64,000 bases of DNA from an uncultured Candidatus Saccharibacteria bacterium (GTDB lineage Bacteria > Patescibacteriota > Minisyncoccia > Minisyncoccales > GWA2-38-27), in contig CAZBLV010000013.1 of the NCBI GenBank assembly GCA_964493085.1, positions 2,033 through 66,032 of the forward strand, read 5' to 3'. Each line of letters begins with the position of its first letter. Within the stretch, counting starts at the first letter, position 1. The position numbers and the translations under genes are program-made. This document shows positions 50,251 through 58,181 of this stretch, one piece after another. Below the pieces are notes generated by a model. The model had not been told where the DNA came from. It saw only the letters and a program-made list of their open reading frames with translations, and did no database searches.

Positions 50251-51414
50251 ATGGAAAAATCCTTTTTTCAAAAAATAACTTTGGAAAAAACATTGATATA
50301 TATTATAATTTTTGCCGTTGTCATAACATTCGCTTTTATCTTTTATCTCTTTTTCGGTCAGTTTACCAAAGGCATAGAGATAATAAATCCCAGAGGAGGG
50401 AATGAGCTGGAGATTGGGAAAACCCATCAAATAACTTGGAAGGCCAGCGGAATAGACAGGGTAGGAATAGTTCTGTATAAGGGAGGGGAGCCCAAATGGA
50501 TAGCAAAAAACGTTCCTGCCGGTGCTGAAAAATATGACTGGAAGATCCACCCCGGACAAGAATATGGAGACGATTACTGGATAGCAGTTTTCGAATATCC
50601 TTGGCATAAAGGAAACGAGCTGGACTATACCAGAGGAGCTTTTGTTATTACTTATCCGGAGCTGGCCACTTGCGAAGATTTATCGATAGAGAATGAGTGG
50701 CCCTATGTGCCCAGCGATCTGCCTCACCTAAGAAGAGTCTTTATTACAGAAGAAAAATTTACCGGCGACCTGGGAGGATTGGAGGGAGCAGATCAAAGGT
50801 GCCAGAGCGAGGCGGAAAAAATGGGCTATCAAGGAAACTGGAAGGCCCTTATCGGAGGAGAGTCAGAAGAAGAGATAGCGGTTTCCCGTCTTAGGGAAAG
50901 CATGCAGGAGCCCGGGGGCGCTTATGTTCTGGCTCTTCCGGAAGCTACGCTGATAAGGGGGGCTACTTGCCATCGTCTGCTTGGAAACAACCTCAATTCT
51001 TTTTTATTCAAACTTTCTGGATCTTTGGCCATCAACAAAGAGAAATTGGGTGAAGACTTTTATGAAGGGCTTTCGGGGGTCTGGCTGGGAAGAATAGACA
51101 GCAAGAGCAAAAAGAACTGTATTCCTATTACTTCTGTTTTAGACAGCATAAATGTAAAATTGCAAGAAAAATACAGCTTCACCAGCACTTGCCAGAACTG
51201 GACTAACGGAGAAATGTTTGCTGAAGGCTATCCTGTTTCGGAAGGAGAGGTTGGCGGAGATTTTCCAACCTGCTTTACGCCGGCTGGGGAGTCTACTAAA
51301 ACTGCAGCCCTTGGCGCTTTTGCGACAGGAGTGTCCGGGGACGATAATCTCGTTACAAACTGGGGCAAATACTGTTCGGAAAAGCAGGGCTTGATTTGCG
51401 TTGAAGCTTACTAG
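50251..51414 (+). CDS. hypothetical secreted/anchored Cys-rich protein
   Basis: N-terminal TM helix. The C-terminal half carries FITEEKFTGDLGGLEGADQRCQSEA and several further Cys residues. Confidence 0.55.
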   Translation: MEKSFFQKITLEKTLIYIIIFAVVITFAFIFYLFFGQFTKGIEIINPRGGNELEIGKTHQITWKASGIDRVGIVLYKGGEPKWIAKNVPAGAEKYDWKIHPGQEYGDDYWIAVFEYPWHKGNELDYTRGAFVITYPELATCEDLSIENEWPYVPSDLPHLRRVFITEEKFTGDLGGLEGADQRCQSEAEKMGYQGNWKALIGGESEEEIAVSRLRESMQEPGGAYVLALPEATLIRGATCHRLLGNNLNSFLFKLSGSLAINKEKLGEDFYEGLSGVWLGRIDSKSKKNCIPITSVLDSINVKLQEKYSFTSTCQNWTNGEMFAEGYPVSEGEVGGDFPTCFTPAGESTKTAALGAFATGVSGDDNLVTNWGKYCSEKQGLICVEAY

Positions 51415-51417
51415 GCC

Positions 51418-51446
51418 TTGACAAGGATCATAGTTATCTTTAATAT
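51418..51446 (+). promoter_or_regulatory. consensus sigma70 promoter for rplJ-rplL
   Basis: TTGACA (51418-51423), 17-nt spacer, TAATAT (51441-51446). Confidence 0.55.
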
Positions 51447-51559
51447 GGAGCCATAACGATTTAACCGAAGACAGCGGGTATCCTTTAAGGAATAAAACCT
51501 GCCGAGGAAATATATTAAGGAAGAAATTCCTTTTGCTGTCTTCGATAGACAGTTTTTTT
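51447..51559 (+). ncRNA. candidate ribosomal-protein L10 leader (autoregulatory 5' UTR)
   Basis: A 10-bp long-range stem pairs CGAAGACAGC (51466-51475) with GCTGTCTTCG (51535-51544) and encloses smaller hairpins. It sits directly upstream of rplJ, as known L10 leaders do. Confidence 0.45.
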
Positions 51560-52075
51560 ATGGCAATAACAAAAGAAAAAAAACAAGAAGTCGTTAAGAA
51601 GCTAAAAGACTCCCTTCAAAAGCAGAAGGCTGTAATTTTTGTCGCCATAGATGGGCTGGCAGCAGCAGACCTTTTCGATTTAAGGGCGAAGCTTAAAGGA
51701 AACGAATGCGAATTTTGTGTTGTTAAAAAAACTCTTATGAGCAGAGCTTTCTCCGATGAAAAGATTGAAGCTAGCACTGAGAGCTTGGAAGGACAGGTAG
51801 CCCTGGTTTTGGGATACGGAGATGTGATTTCTCCTGCAAAAACAACCTATAATTTCGCAAAAGGAAACGAAAATTTAAAGATATTGGGAGGTCTTTATGA
51901 AAACAGATTTATTGGCTTTGAAGAAGTGGTTAATTTAGCCAGGATACCTTCAAGAGAGGAGCTCTTGGCAAAGGTCGTAGGAAGCATCTCCAACCCCCTG
52001 TCAGGACTTGTCAATGTATTTCAGGGAAGCATGGGGTCGTTGGTTTATGCGCTTTGCGCAATAAAAAATAAATAA
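51560..52075 (+). CDS. rplJ: ribosomal protein L10
   Basis: ATG 51560 ([28 protein letters not shown]...); lies upstream of rplL. Confidence 0.9.
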   Translation: MAITKEKKQEVVKKLKDSLQKQKAVIFVAIDGLAAADLFDLRAKLKGNECEFCVVKKTLMSRAFSDEKIEASTESLEGQVALVLGYGDVISPAKTTYNFAKGNENLKILGGLYENRFIGFEEVVNLARIPSREELLAKVVGSISNPLSGLVNVFQGSMGSLVYALCAIKNK

Positions 52076-52079
52076 AATT

Positions 52080-52631
52080 ATGGCAGAAGAAGAAAAAAAA
52101 CAAGAAACTCAAGAAACTGAAGAAAAAGAGCAGTCTCAAGAAGCTCCTAAAGAAGAGTCCCAAAAAGAAGAACCTTCAAAAGAAAAAGAGGCTCCCAAAG
52201 AGGAGAAAGTTGAAGATAAAGCGGAAGAGGAAGTAGAGGTTCCTGATAAATTTAAAGATCTTGTAGAAAAGATCGAACAGCTTTCTGTCTTGGACCTGGC
52301 CGAACTGGTTAAGATTTTAGAGAAAAAGTTTGGCGTTTCTGCTGCAGCTCCGGCTGCTGTTGTTTCCGCTTCAGCGGGGTCCGGCGATGAATCGGGCGGA
52401 GGAGAAGAAAAAAGCGAGTTTAATGTCGAGCTTCAGGAAATCGGAGACAAAAAAATAGAAGTTATTAAAGTAGCCAGAGACGCTCTTGGCAAAGGCCTAA
52501 AAGAGGCAAAAGACTTAATCGATGGCGCTGCTTCAGGACCGAAAGTAATTAAAGAGGGTGCCAAGAAAGAAGAAGCAGAAGAACTAAAGAAGAAATTTGA
52601 AGCAGCAGGAGCCAAGGTAGAGCTGAAGTAA
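52080..52631 (+). CDS. rplL: ribosomal protein L7/L12 with ~55-aa acidic N-terminal extension
   Basis: The canonical part starts near [29 protein letters not shown] and ends [21 protein letters not shown]. It is preceded by a KE-rich extension. Confidence 0.9.
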   Translation: MAEEEKKQETQETEEKEQSQEAPKEESQKEEPSKEKEAPKEEKVEDKAEEEVEVPDKFKDLVEKIEQLSVLDLAELVKILEKKFGVSAAAPAAVVSASAGSGDESGGGEEKSEFNVELQEIGDKKIEVIKVARDALGKGLKEAKDLIDGAASGPKVIKEGAKKEEAEELKKKFEAAGAKVELK

Positions 52632-52644
52632 GGAATTGATTCCG

Positions 52645-52679
52645 AAAAAAGCGCCCTGCTTTTGGCCAGGGCGTTTTTT
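52645..52679. terminator. bidirectional rho-independent terminator after rplL
   Basis: CGCCCTG-cttttggc-CAGGGCG, flanked by an A-run and a T-run. Confidence 0.75.
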
Positions 52680-54558
52680 ATATCCCAATTTGATAAACCT
52701 TATTGCCGTTCAGTATCCAGGCCGTTTCTCCTGTTTCAGAGATTGCCAAATCCCTTAAATCAGTAAACTTATTGCTCCGGATTTGCTTGACCACCTGTGC
52801 TTTTTCTTTGTCGACAATTATTATTCTCTTTTGGCTCGGCTCTAAAAGATAAAGATAGGGGAGGGCAGCGTTTGTGGTTATCCTTTCTATTTTTTCAATA
52901 AAGGGGAAAATGTCTAACTTAACCTCTTTTTTTAAGACGCCCTGGTAGAATTCCCAGATCTTGTTTTCTTCGCCCAAAATCCAGACAGATCCGTCTATGG
53001 CCAAAGATTTTGGTTTGGAGCAGGAAAAATCATCTTCCAGCCAGTTTCGGGGAACTCCCCATTGAAGTTTTGCTACGGACGGGTATTTTACAATCTGGCA
53101 GTCTCGGGTTAGGAAATAAATGCTGGACCAGTAGCTGACCGCGTCTACAAATTCTTCCTTCCAGGGCTCTATGCTTTTTGAAATCCAGCCCTGTTCATCA
53201 AGGGAAATAATATTTTTCGGCGGAGAATAAAAGATTGCTTTATTCTGGTAATTGGCAGCCAGGCTAATCGGTTGGTTGCTGGGCACAAACTGCTCTTTTG
53301 GATATATTTGATATACGCCCCCTTGACTCTGCAAATAAACAGAATCTCCTGCTGCCAAAATACTAACAGCGTTTGGCCCTTGAGAATCTATTTCCGACAC
53401 AATAACCGGGTTTTCTATCTCCTCTAGATTGTTAAGGCGGAACAACTTTTGCTCCGTGGTTTCTTTAAGGTCCTCAACCCTGGGAGTCGAGGGAAGCAGA
53501 GAGATTTCTTTCCAGGCCTGTTTTAATAAATCATTGGCTTCTTCTTTTTGGTCAAAAAGAGAATAGTTTTCCGCTTCTGCTATCTTTTTTTCCACCTGGC
53601 TTATTTTCTTTTCCGCTTCCGCTTTCTTGTTTTCTTGGCTTTGCCTGAAGATCAAAAATCCCAGAAGCAAAATCGCTAAAAGAAGTAATATCAAAATCAC
53701 TTTTTTAGAAAGCCGGAAAGGAACGGAAATTCTCTTTTTTGTTCTTTTTTTTGGCGACTTCTTAAATGTTTTTCTCTTTAGTCTTCTGATGGGAGCCAGG
53801 ACAGGATCAAAAACGCCTTTCCAAGAAAAACTTTTCTGATTTTGAAACAGCATAGTGGTTGGACTTTCTTTTTTCAGCTCCTTTTTAAAAGCCAGAATCA
53901 TAAGAGCTCCAGCCGTCTCTGCCCCGTCTTCTTTTTTAAAAAGGGAAGAGGGAAGTATTTCTTTGATTTCCTTTTCTTCTATTTCTCCTCCCTTGTCAGC
54001 TAGTCGGGATAGCAGCCCCTTTTTTGACAGAAAATCGTAGACTTTTTCCGTCATCATCATCATTAAATCGCTCTGTTCTATTTTTCCTGAAATTACATTG
54101 AAAAAAACTTTCAGCGGGTAAGGATCTATTTCTTGCTTTTCTAAACCTCCGCCTATGTCTATAATATTCCCTGCTCTGGCCAGCAGGATTTTTATATTAC
54201 CTGTTTTGGTGAAACTTAATTCCAGCCCCTTTATCGAGAGGACGGCAAATCCAAGATTACCTAGCCAATGGACATTGTTCCGCTGAACCTCTTCTGACAG
54301 AAAAGAATTAGCCGACCTTAGCGAGTTAGTTAAAGAGGTTTCCGGCTTTCCGACCAAAGAAGAGTAAAAGTTTTTTTTGATATTTTCTGCTAAATCATTT
54401 AAGAGCCTTAGGTCTTGGGGAAGGGAAGATTTCACTTCTCCTAAGGCGTATAGTCCTCCCATTCTTTTTTCTGAGGCTTTCTCCGGGCGGTAGATGAAGG
54501 TGTCGAAAGAATAGTCCTTTTTTGCTTTTGGATTGAAGTGGAGTTCGAATATCTGCAT
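52678..54558 (-). CDS. hypothetical bitopic membrane protein (626 aa)
   Basis: A ~270-aa cytoplasmic N-terminal domain, a central TM helix (VILILLLLAILLLGFLIF), a coiled-coil stretch, and a C-terminal repeat-like beta-rich region. No motif recognised. Confidence 0.6.
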   Translation of the reverse strand: MQIFELHFNPKAKKDYSFDTFIYRPEKASEKRMGGLYALGEVKSSLPQDLRLLNDLAENIKKNFYSSLVGKPETSLTNSLRSANSFLSEEVQRNNVHWLGNLGFAVLSIKGLELSFTKTGNIKILLARAGNIIDIGGGLEKQEIDPYPLKVFFNVISGKIEQSDLMMMMTEKVYDFLSKKGLLSRLADKGGEIEEKEIKEILPSSLFKKEDGAETAGALMILAFKKELKKESPTTMLFQNQKSFSWKGVFDPVLAPIRRLKRKTFKKSPKKRTKKRISVPFRLSKKVILILLLLAILLLGFLIFRQSQENKKAEAEKKISQVEKKIAEAENYSLFDQKEEANDLLKQAWKEISLLPSTPRVEDLKETTEQKLFRLNNLEEIENPVIVSEIDSQGPNAVSILAAGDSVYLQSQGGVYQIYPKEQFVPSNQPISLAANYQNKAIFYSPPKNIISLDEQGWISKSIEPWKEEFVDAVSYWSSIYFLTRDCQIVKYPSVAKLQWGVPRNWLEDDFSCSKPKSLAIDGSVWILGEENKIWEFYQGVLKKEVKLDIFPFIEKIERITTNAALPYLYLLEPSQKRIIIVDKEKAQVVKQIRSNKFTDLRDLAISETGETAWILNGNKVYQIGI

Positions 54559-54632
54559 TAATATATTATAACTAGCAGAAACAGAAAAGCAAAAGGTTTA
54601 CTCTTAACAAGCAAAGTTATAAAATGGTAGCG

Positions 54633-54707
54633 GGACGGTTGGCTCAGCGGCAGAGCGCTTCGTTCACATCGAAGAGGACGCAGGTTCGATTCCTGCACCG
54701 TCCACCA
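54633..54707 (+). tRNA. tRNA-Val (CAC) with encoded CCA
   Basis: Acceptor GGACGGT/ACCGTCC, D arm GCTC-AGCGGCA-GAGC, anticodon arm CTTCG-TTCACAT-CGAAG, T arm GCAGG-TTCGATT-CCTGC, discriminator A, then CCA (54705-54707). Confidence 0.85.
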
Positions 54708-54732
54708 AACAGGATTCTGCAAAAGACAAAGA

Positions 54733-54807
54733 GGTTTGCTCACCGCGCCTGCGGGCGCGGCTCGCAAGGAACGAACCGCCTCATTTCCGAAAAAATTTCG
54801 CGGCGAA
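54733..54807 (+). repeat. repeat element copy A (inverted partner at 56561-56643)
   Basis: Its parts are GGTTTGC, the hairpin CCGCGCC-tgcg-GGCGCGG (54743-54760), CCGCCTC (54776-54782), and the 24-mer TTTCCGAAAAAATTTCGCGGCGAA (54784-54807). Confidence 0.8.
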
Positions 54808-54838
54808 TTAAAGGAAAATTTTTTATTTTTGTTTGTTG

Positions 54839-54870
54839 CAGAAATTCTGATGAATTTCTGTTTTTGTTTT
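54839..54870 (+). terminator. rho-independent terminator downstream of tRNA-Val and repeat A
   Basis: A perfect 9-bp stem CAGAAATTC-tgat-GAATTTCTG followed by TTTTTGTTTT. Confidence 0.75.
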
Positions 54871-54980
54871 AAAAACTTTATTTTTTCTATGTTTTTTGGT
54901 AATGTGCGTTAGAGGAGGGTCAAGCTGGTGCTTGGCTCAATTTGTACCTCGAAAACCAAATACAGGAAAGGATAATCGTC

Positions 54981-55742
54981 ATGATCAGTAACGCAACGTC
55001 AGACAGACTCGCCCTTGAAGTTTTGAGGGCCGACACGCTGGAACTCAGAGCGGTCCCAAAGAAGGTGACCAACGAAGAGGTAGATAGTCTACCTCTCAAC
55101 GTGCAGCCGTTTCTTTACGCCTCGGGCAACTGGGGGCCTGGTTATCTCATGATTAAGGGTTTGGTCGGCAATAAGCCGCTGATCAGATGCCTTGGTCGCT
55201 ACTTGGCGCTCGAAATCGCCGAGAAATGGCCGACCGAAATCGATTTTGTTGCTGGCAACGTTACCGGCGGCATGATCCCGGGCTGGTTGATCAGCGAAGA
55301 GTTGGAAGTCCTTCTCGGTAAGCGGATTCCATTCGTTTATATCCGGGAACTTCGGAAGACCGGCGGTCAGAAGGAACTCATCACCGGCTACCAAAAGAAT
55401 CGGGAAATTCCTCCCGGCTCCAGCGGTTTGGATATGGAGGAACTGGTTAACTTCGCCCAGACCATTGCCAACGGCGCGATTTGCCTTCGCGAAGTGGGAT
55501 TCGTCTGTACGAAAGGTGCTTGCATCCTTTACTACGACAATCCTGTTGCGAACAAGGATTTGGCCGCCGCCGGAATCGAGATGGTTTCGTTGCTTACCCT
55601 CCCAAGGATCATCGACGTGGCCGAGCGGTTTGGTACACACCCCAAGGAACTTTTGGTCGAGTACCGCGAGTTCCTGAAAAATCCGTTGCAATGGCAGGCC
55701 GATCGCGGTCTGGCGCATGTAGAAAGAGGGGGTACGAAATGA
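54981..55742 (+). CDS. orotate phosphoribosyltransferase-family protein, divergent PRPP-binding loop
   Basis: ATG 54981 has an AAAGGA Shine-Dalgarno. It is colinear with PyrE: FLYASGNWGPGY (compare FxLxSGxxSPxY), DFVAGNVTGGMIPG, FVYIRELRKTGGQKELITG, and the C-terminal LVEYREFLKNP. The canonical VDDVxTxG loop reads MEELVNFAQT. Confidence 0.7.
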   Translation: MISNATSDRLALEVLRADTLELRAVPKKVTNEEVDSLPLNVQPFLYASGNWGPGYLMIKGLVGNKPLIRCLGRYLALEIAEKWPTEIDFVAGNVTGGMIPGWLISEELEVLLGKRIPFVYIRELRKTGGQKELITGYQKNREIPPGSSGLDMEELVNFAQTIANGAICLREVGFVCTKGACILYYDNPVANKDLAAAGIEMVSLLTLPRIIDVAERFGTHPKELLVEYREFLKNPLQWQADRGLAHVERGGTK

Positions 55743-56431
55743 AAAATCCATTTCTTTTCGTGGCACTCGACGACCTTGGCAACAAGGAATGGGAAACCCT
55801 GGAGGTTGTTCGAGAATTGGATCAAGTACCCGGCAATTTCGGGTATAAAATCAATCTTGACTGCCTAATGGCTGGAGGCGTCAGTGCGACTATCCGTAAA
55901 CTGCTAGTTTCGCGTCCGATCTTTGCCGACACTAAGACATGGAACGGCAAAAGGACAATGGCCGACCTCGCCAAGATGCTGGTTGACGCCAGCGTGGACT
56001 ACTTTAATGTCTGGGTTCAAGCGGACGATCAGCTCGCAGGCGCGGTCAAGGCCACCGAGGGTTCTAAGACCAAGATTCTCGGAGTTACCGTGCTCACTCA
56101 TTACAGTGATGATTGGTGCAGGATGTATTTCCGCCGCTCGCTTGAGGAGACAGTTGTTTTTCTTACTCAGCGAGCAAAGGATCTCGGTTTGCACGGCGTT
56201 GTTTTGCCGGGAACTTGCTTGCCAGCGGTCATGGACAGCGATCGGATCAAGACCGTGCCCGGAATCCGTATGGAGGATTTCAAGGACGATAGGCACAAGC
56301 AGGAGGTCACTCCGGAATTCGCAACTCAAAACGGAGCGGACATAGTCGTGTGCGGAAGCCCGATCATGAAGGTTTCCGACAAGGCGAGCGCGCTTCGTCA
56401 GGTTCTTGCGCGATTGACTGTCACACAGTGA
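55739..56431 (+). CDS. orotidine-5'-phosphate decarboxylase-family protein (short bacterial type), altered catalytic motif
   Basis: ATG 55739 overlaps the upstream stop (ATGA). Motifs: FVALD, YKINLD, FADTKTWNGKRT (DxKxxN instead of DxKxxD), VTVLTH, VPGIR, and IVVCGSPI. Confidence 0.7.
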   Translation: MKNPFLFVALDDLGNKEWETLEVVRELDQVPGNFGYKINLDCLMAGGVSATIRKLLVSRPIFADTKTWNGKRTMADLAKMLVDASVDYFNVWVQADDQLAGAVKATEGSKTKILGVTVLTHYSDDWCRMYFRRSLEETVVFLTQRAKDLGLHGVVLPGTCLPAVMDSDRIKTVPGIRMEDFKDDRHKQEVTPEFATQNGADIVVCGSPIMKVSDKASALRQVLARLTVTQ

Positions 56432-56506
56432 ACAACAAGAGGTCCAGCGGCACCTCGTCATAACAAGACAAAGCCGCTTTTTTCTTTGCCAAAACTTTCC
56501 TTTAAA

Positions 56507-56522
56507 TCAGAAAATTTTCTGA
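56507..56522. promoter_or_regulatory. perfect 16-bp palindrome TCAGAAAATTTTCTGA
   Basis: Exact dyad symmetry in the 357-nt gap between the two island modules. It could be an operator-like site or a hairpin. Confidence 0.35.
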
Positions 56523-56560
56523 AATAAGTTGTGATTAACTTATAGTTTTTATTGTTAAAG

Positions 56561-56643
56561 TTCGCCGCGAAATTTTTTCGGAAAGCGAGGGCGAGGCGGG
56601 ATTTTGCGAAACGCCGCAGGCGTTTCTCTCAAAAAAGGTTTGC
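56561..56643 (-). repeat. repeat element copy B1 (inverted copy of 54733-54807)
   Basis: 56561-56584 is the exact reverse complement (24/24) of 54784-54807. GAGGCGG (56593-56599) and the hairpin GAAACGCC-gca-GGCGTTTC (56608-56626) sit in equivalent positions. Confidence 0.8.
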
Positions 56644-56676
56644 GTATTTTTAATTATAGTCCACCAAATTGAATTA

Positions 56677-56708
56677 GTCGCCTCGTTTGAGAAAAATTTT
56701 TTGGGAGG
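56677..56708. repeat. repeat element B2 (inverted partner at 59509-59542)
   Basis: AGTCGCCTCGTTTGAGAAAAATTTTTTGGGAGG. Its reverse complement aligns by hand with 59509-59542 at about 28 of 33 positions. Confidence 0.6.
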
Positions 56709-56788
56709 ACTTGAAAAATACAGGTCAAATGATAATCTAAATTCGGTAAAGTGTTCTTTCAAAATTACATAAACAGGAGGAAAATGAG

Positions 56789-58180
56789 ATGAAAACACGC
56801 GACCAGTTCGACAGTCTCTCACCGGTTGACTACCGATACTGGGATGAAGAAGTGGCGAAGTATCTCTCCGAGAACGGGTTTACCCGCTACAAGCTTCTCG
56901 TGGAGCTTGCGCTTGTGAGAGCGCTTCACCGCCGTGGAATTTGTCCCGAAGTTGCCGTCAAAGAAGTTGAGACGGCGTGCGGCCGAGTTACGGCCGCCGA
57001 AGTTTACAAGGAAGAAGACCGAATCCGGCACGACATCCGTGCGCTCGTGAACTGCATCCGCGCCGAAGTTAGCGATGTAGCGAAGCCGTACGTCCATATG
57101 ACGGCGACTTCGTTTGATATTGTTGATCCGGCGAACGCGGCTCGCTACAAGGATGCGATCGAGAAAGTACTTGTTCCGTCGCTTACCAAGCTGGAAGGAG
57201 TGCTCATCGCTACCACGCTCCGCGAAGTAGAGACGGTGCAAGTTGGCAGAACTCACGGACAGCACGCCGTACCGATTACGTTCGGATTCGCACTAGCCGG
57301 ATATGTAAGCCGTCTCGGCAACTCTATCGAAAAATTGAGTACGCTCGCCAAAGAATTGCCGGGTAAGTTTTCCGGAGCGGTCGGAGCGTACAACGCCTCC
57401 TCGCTGTTCTTTAATGATCCGGAGAGCTTTGAGGCGGAAGTCCTCGCCGAACTTGGATTAATTGCGGCGGAACACTCGACGCAGATCGTGCCGCCGGAGG
57501 CGTTGACGCGCCTCTTCTGCGAAGTTACGATTGTGGCGGGCATTTTCGCCAACTTGTCCGACGACATGCGGAATCTTCAACGGACAGAGATCGGAGAAGT
57601 GGGCGAAGAGTTTGAAGCGGCGCAGGTCGGTTCCTCGACCATGCCACAGAAACGCAACCCTATCAACTTTGAGAACGCCAAGAGTTGTTGGAAAATCGTC
57701 GCGCCGCGAATCTTGACGGTGTTCATGGACCAAATTAGCGAACACCAGCGTGACCTTACCAATTCCGCCTCCGCGCGGACTTACGGCGAGATTGTCGCAT
57801 ATGTGGTTTCGATCGCAAAGCGACTCACGCGCACCATGAAGAAGCTCACTGTTGACCGCGTTAACTTGGAGCGCAACCTCGCTATGCAGAAGGGCTTGGT
57901 GGTTGCGGAGCCGCTCTACATTATCCTCGCCGCGCTTGGACACCCCGACGCTCACGAGAAGGTGCGGATGCTCACACTTCAAGCCCAACACGAGGTGCGA
58001 CCACTCGAAGAAGTTGTTTTCGGCGATGTGGAGATACAGGGTTATCTTAAACGGATGACTCCCTACCAACGGCAGATTATCTCTAACCCGTCTCTATATA
58101 CGGGCATCGCCGCCAAGAAAGCGAAAGTGGTCGCGGAAAGATGGCAGCAAAAACTCAATCTCAATAGAAAGGAGAGATAG
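56789..58180 (+). CDS. purB: adenylosuccinate lyase
   Basis: SPVDYRY at the N-terminus; GRTHGQHAVPITFG; fumarate-lyase signature GSSTMPQKRNPINFEN. AGGAGG Shine-Dalgarno upstream. Confidence 0.85.
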   Translation: MKTRDQFDSLSPVDYRYWDEEVAKYLSENGFTRYKLLVELALVRALHRRGICPEVAVKEVETACGRVTAAEVYKEEDRIRHDIRALVNCIRAEVSDVAKPYVHMTATSFDIVDPANAARYKDAIEKVLVPSLTKLEGVLIATTLREVETVQVGRTHGQHAVPITFGFALAGYVSRLGNSIEKLSTLAKELPGKFSGAVGAYNASSLFFNDPESFEAEVLAELGLIAAEHSTQIVPPEALTRLFCEVTIVAGIFANLSDDMRNLQRTEIGEVGEEFEAAQVGSSTMPQKRNPINFENAKSCWKIVAPRILTVFMDQISEHQRDLTNSASARTYGEIVAYVVSIAKRLTRTMKKLTVDRVNLERNLAMQKGLVVAEPLYIILAALGHPDAHEKVRMLTLQAQHEVRPLEEVVFGDVEIQGYLKRMTPYQRQIISNPSLYTGIAAKKAKVVAERWQQKLNLNRKER

Positions 58181-58181
58181 A

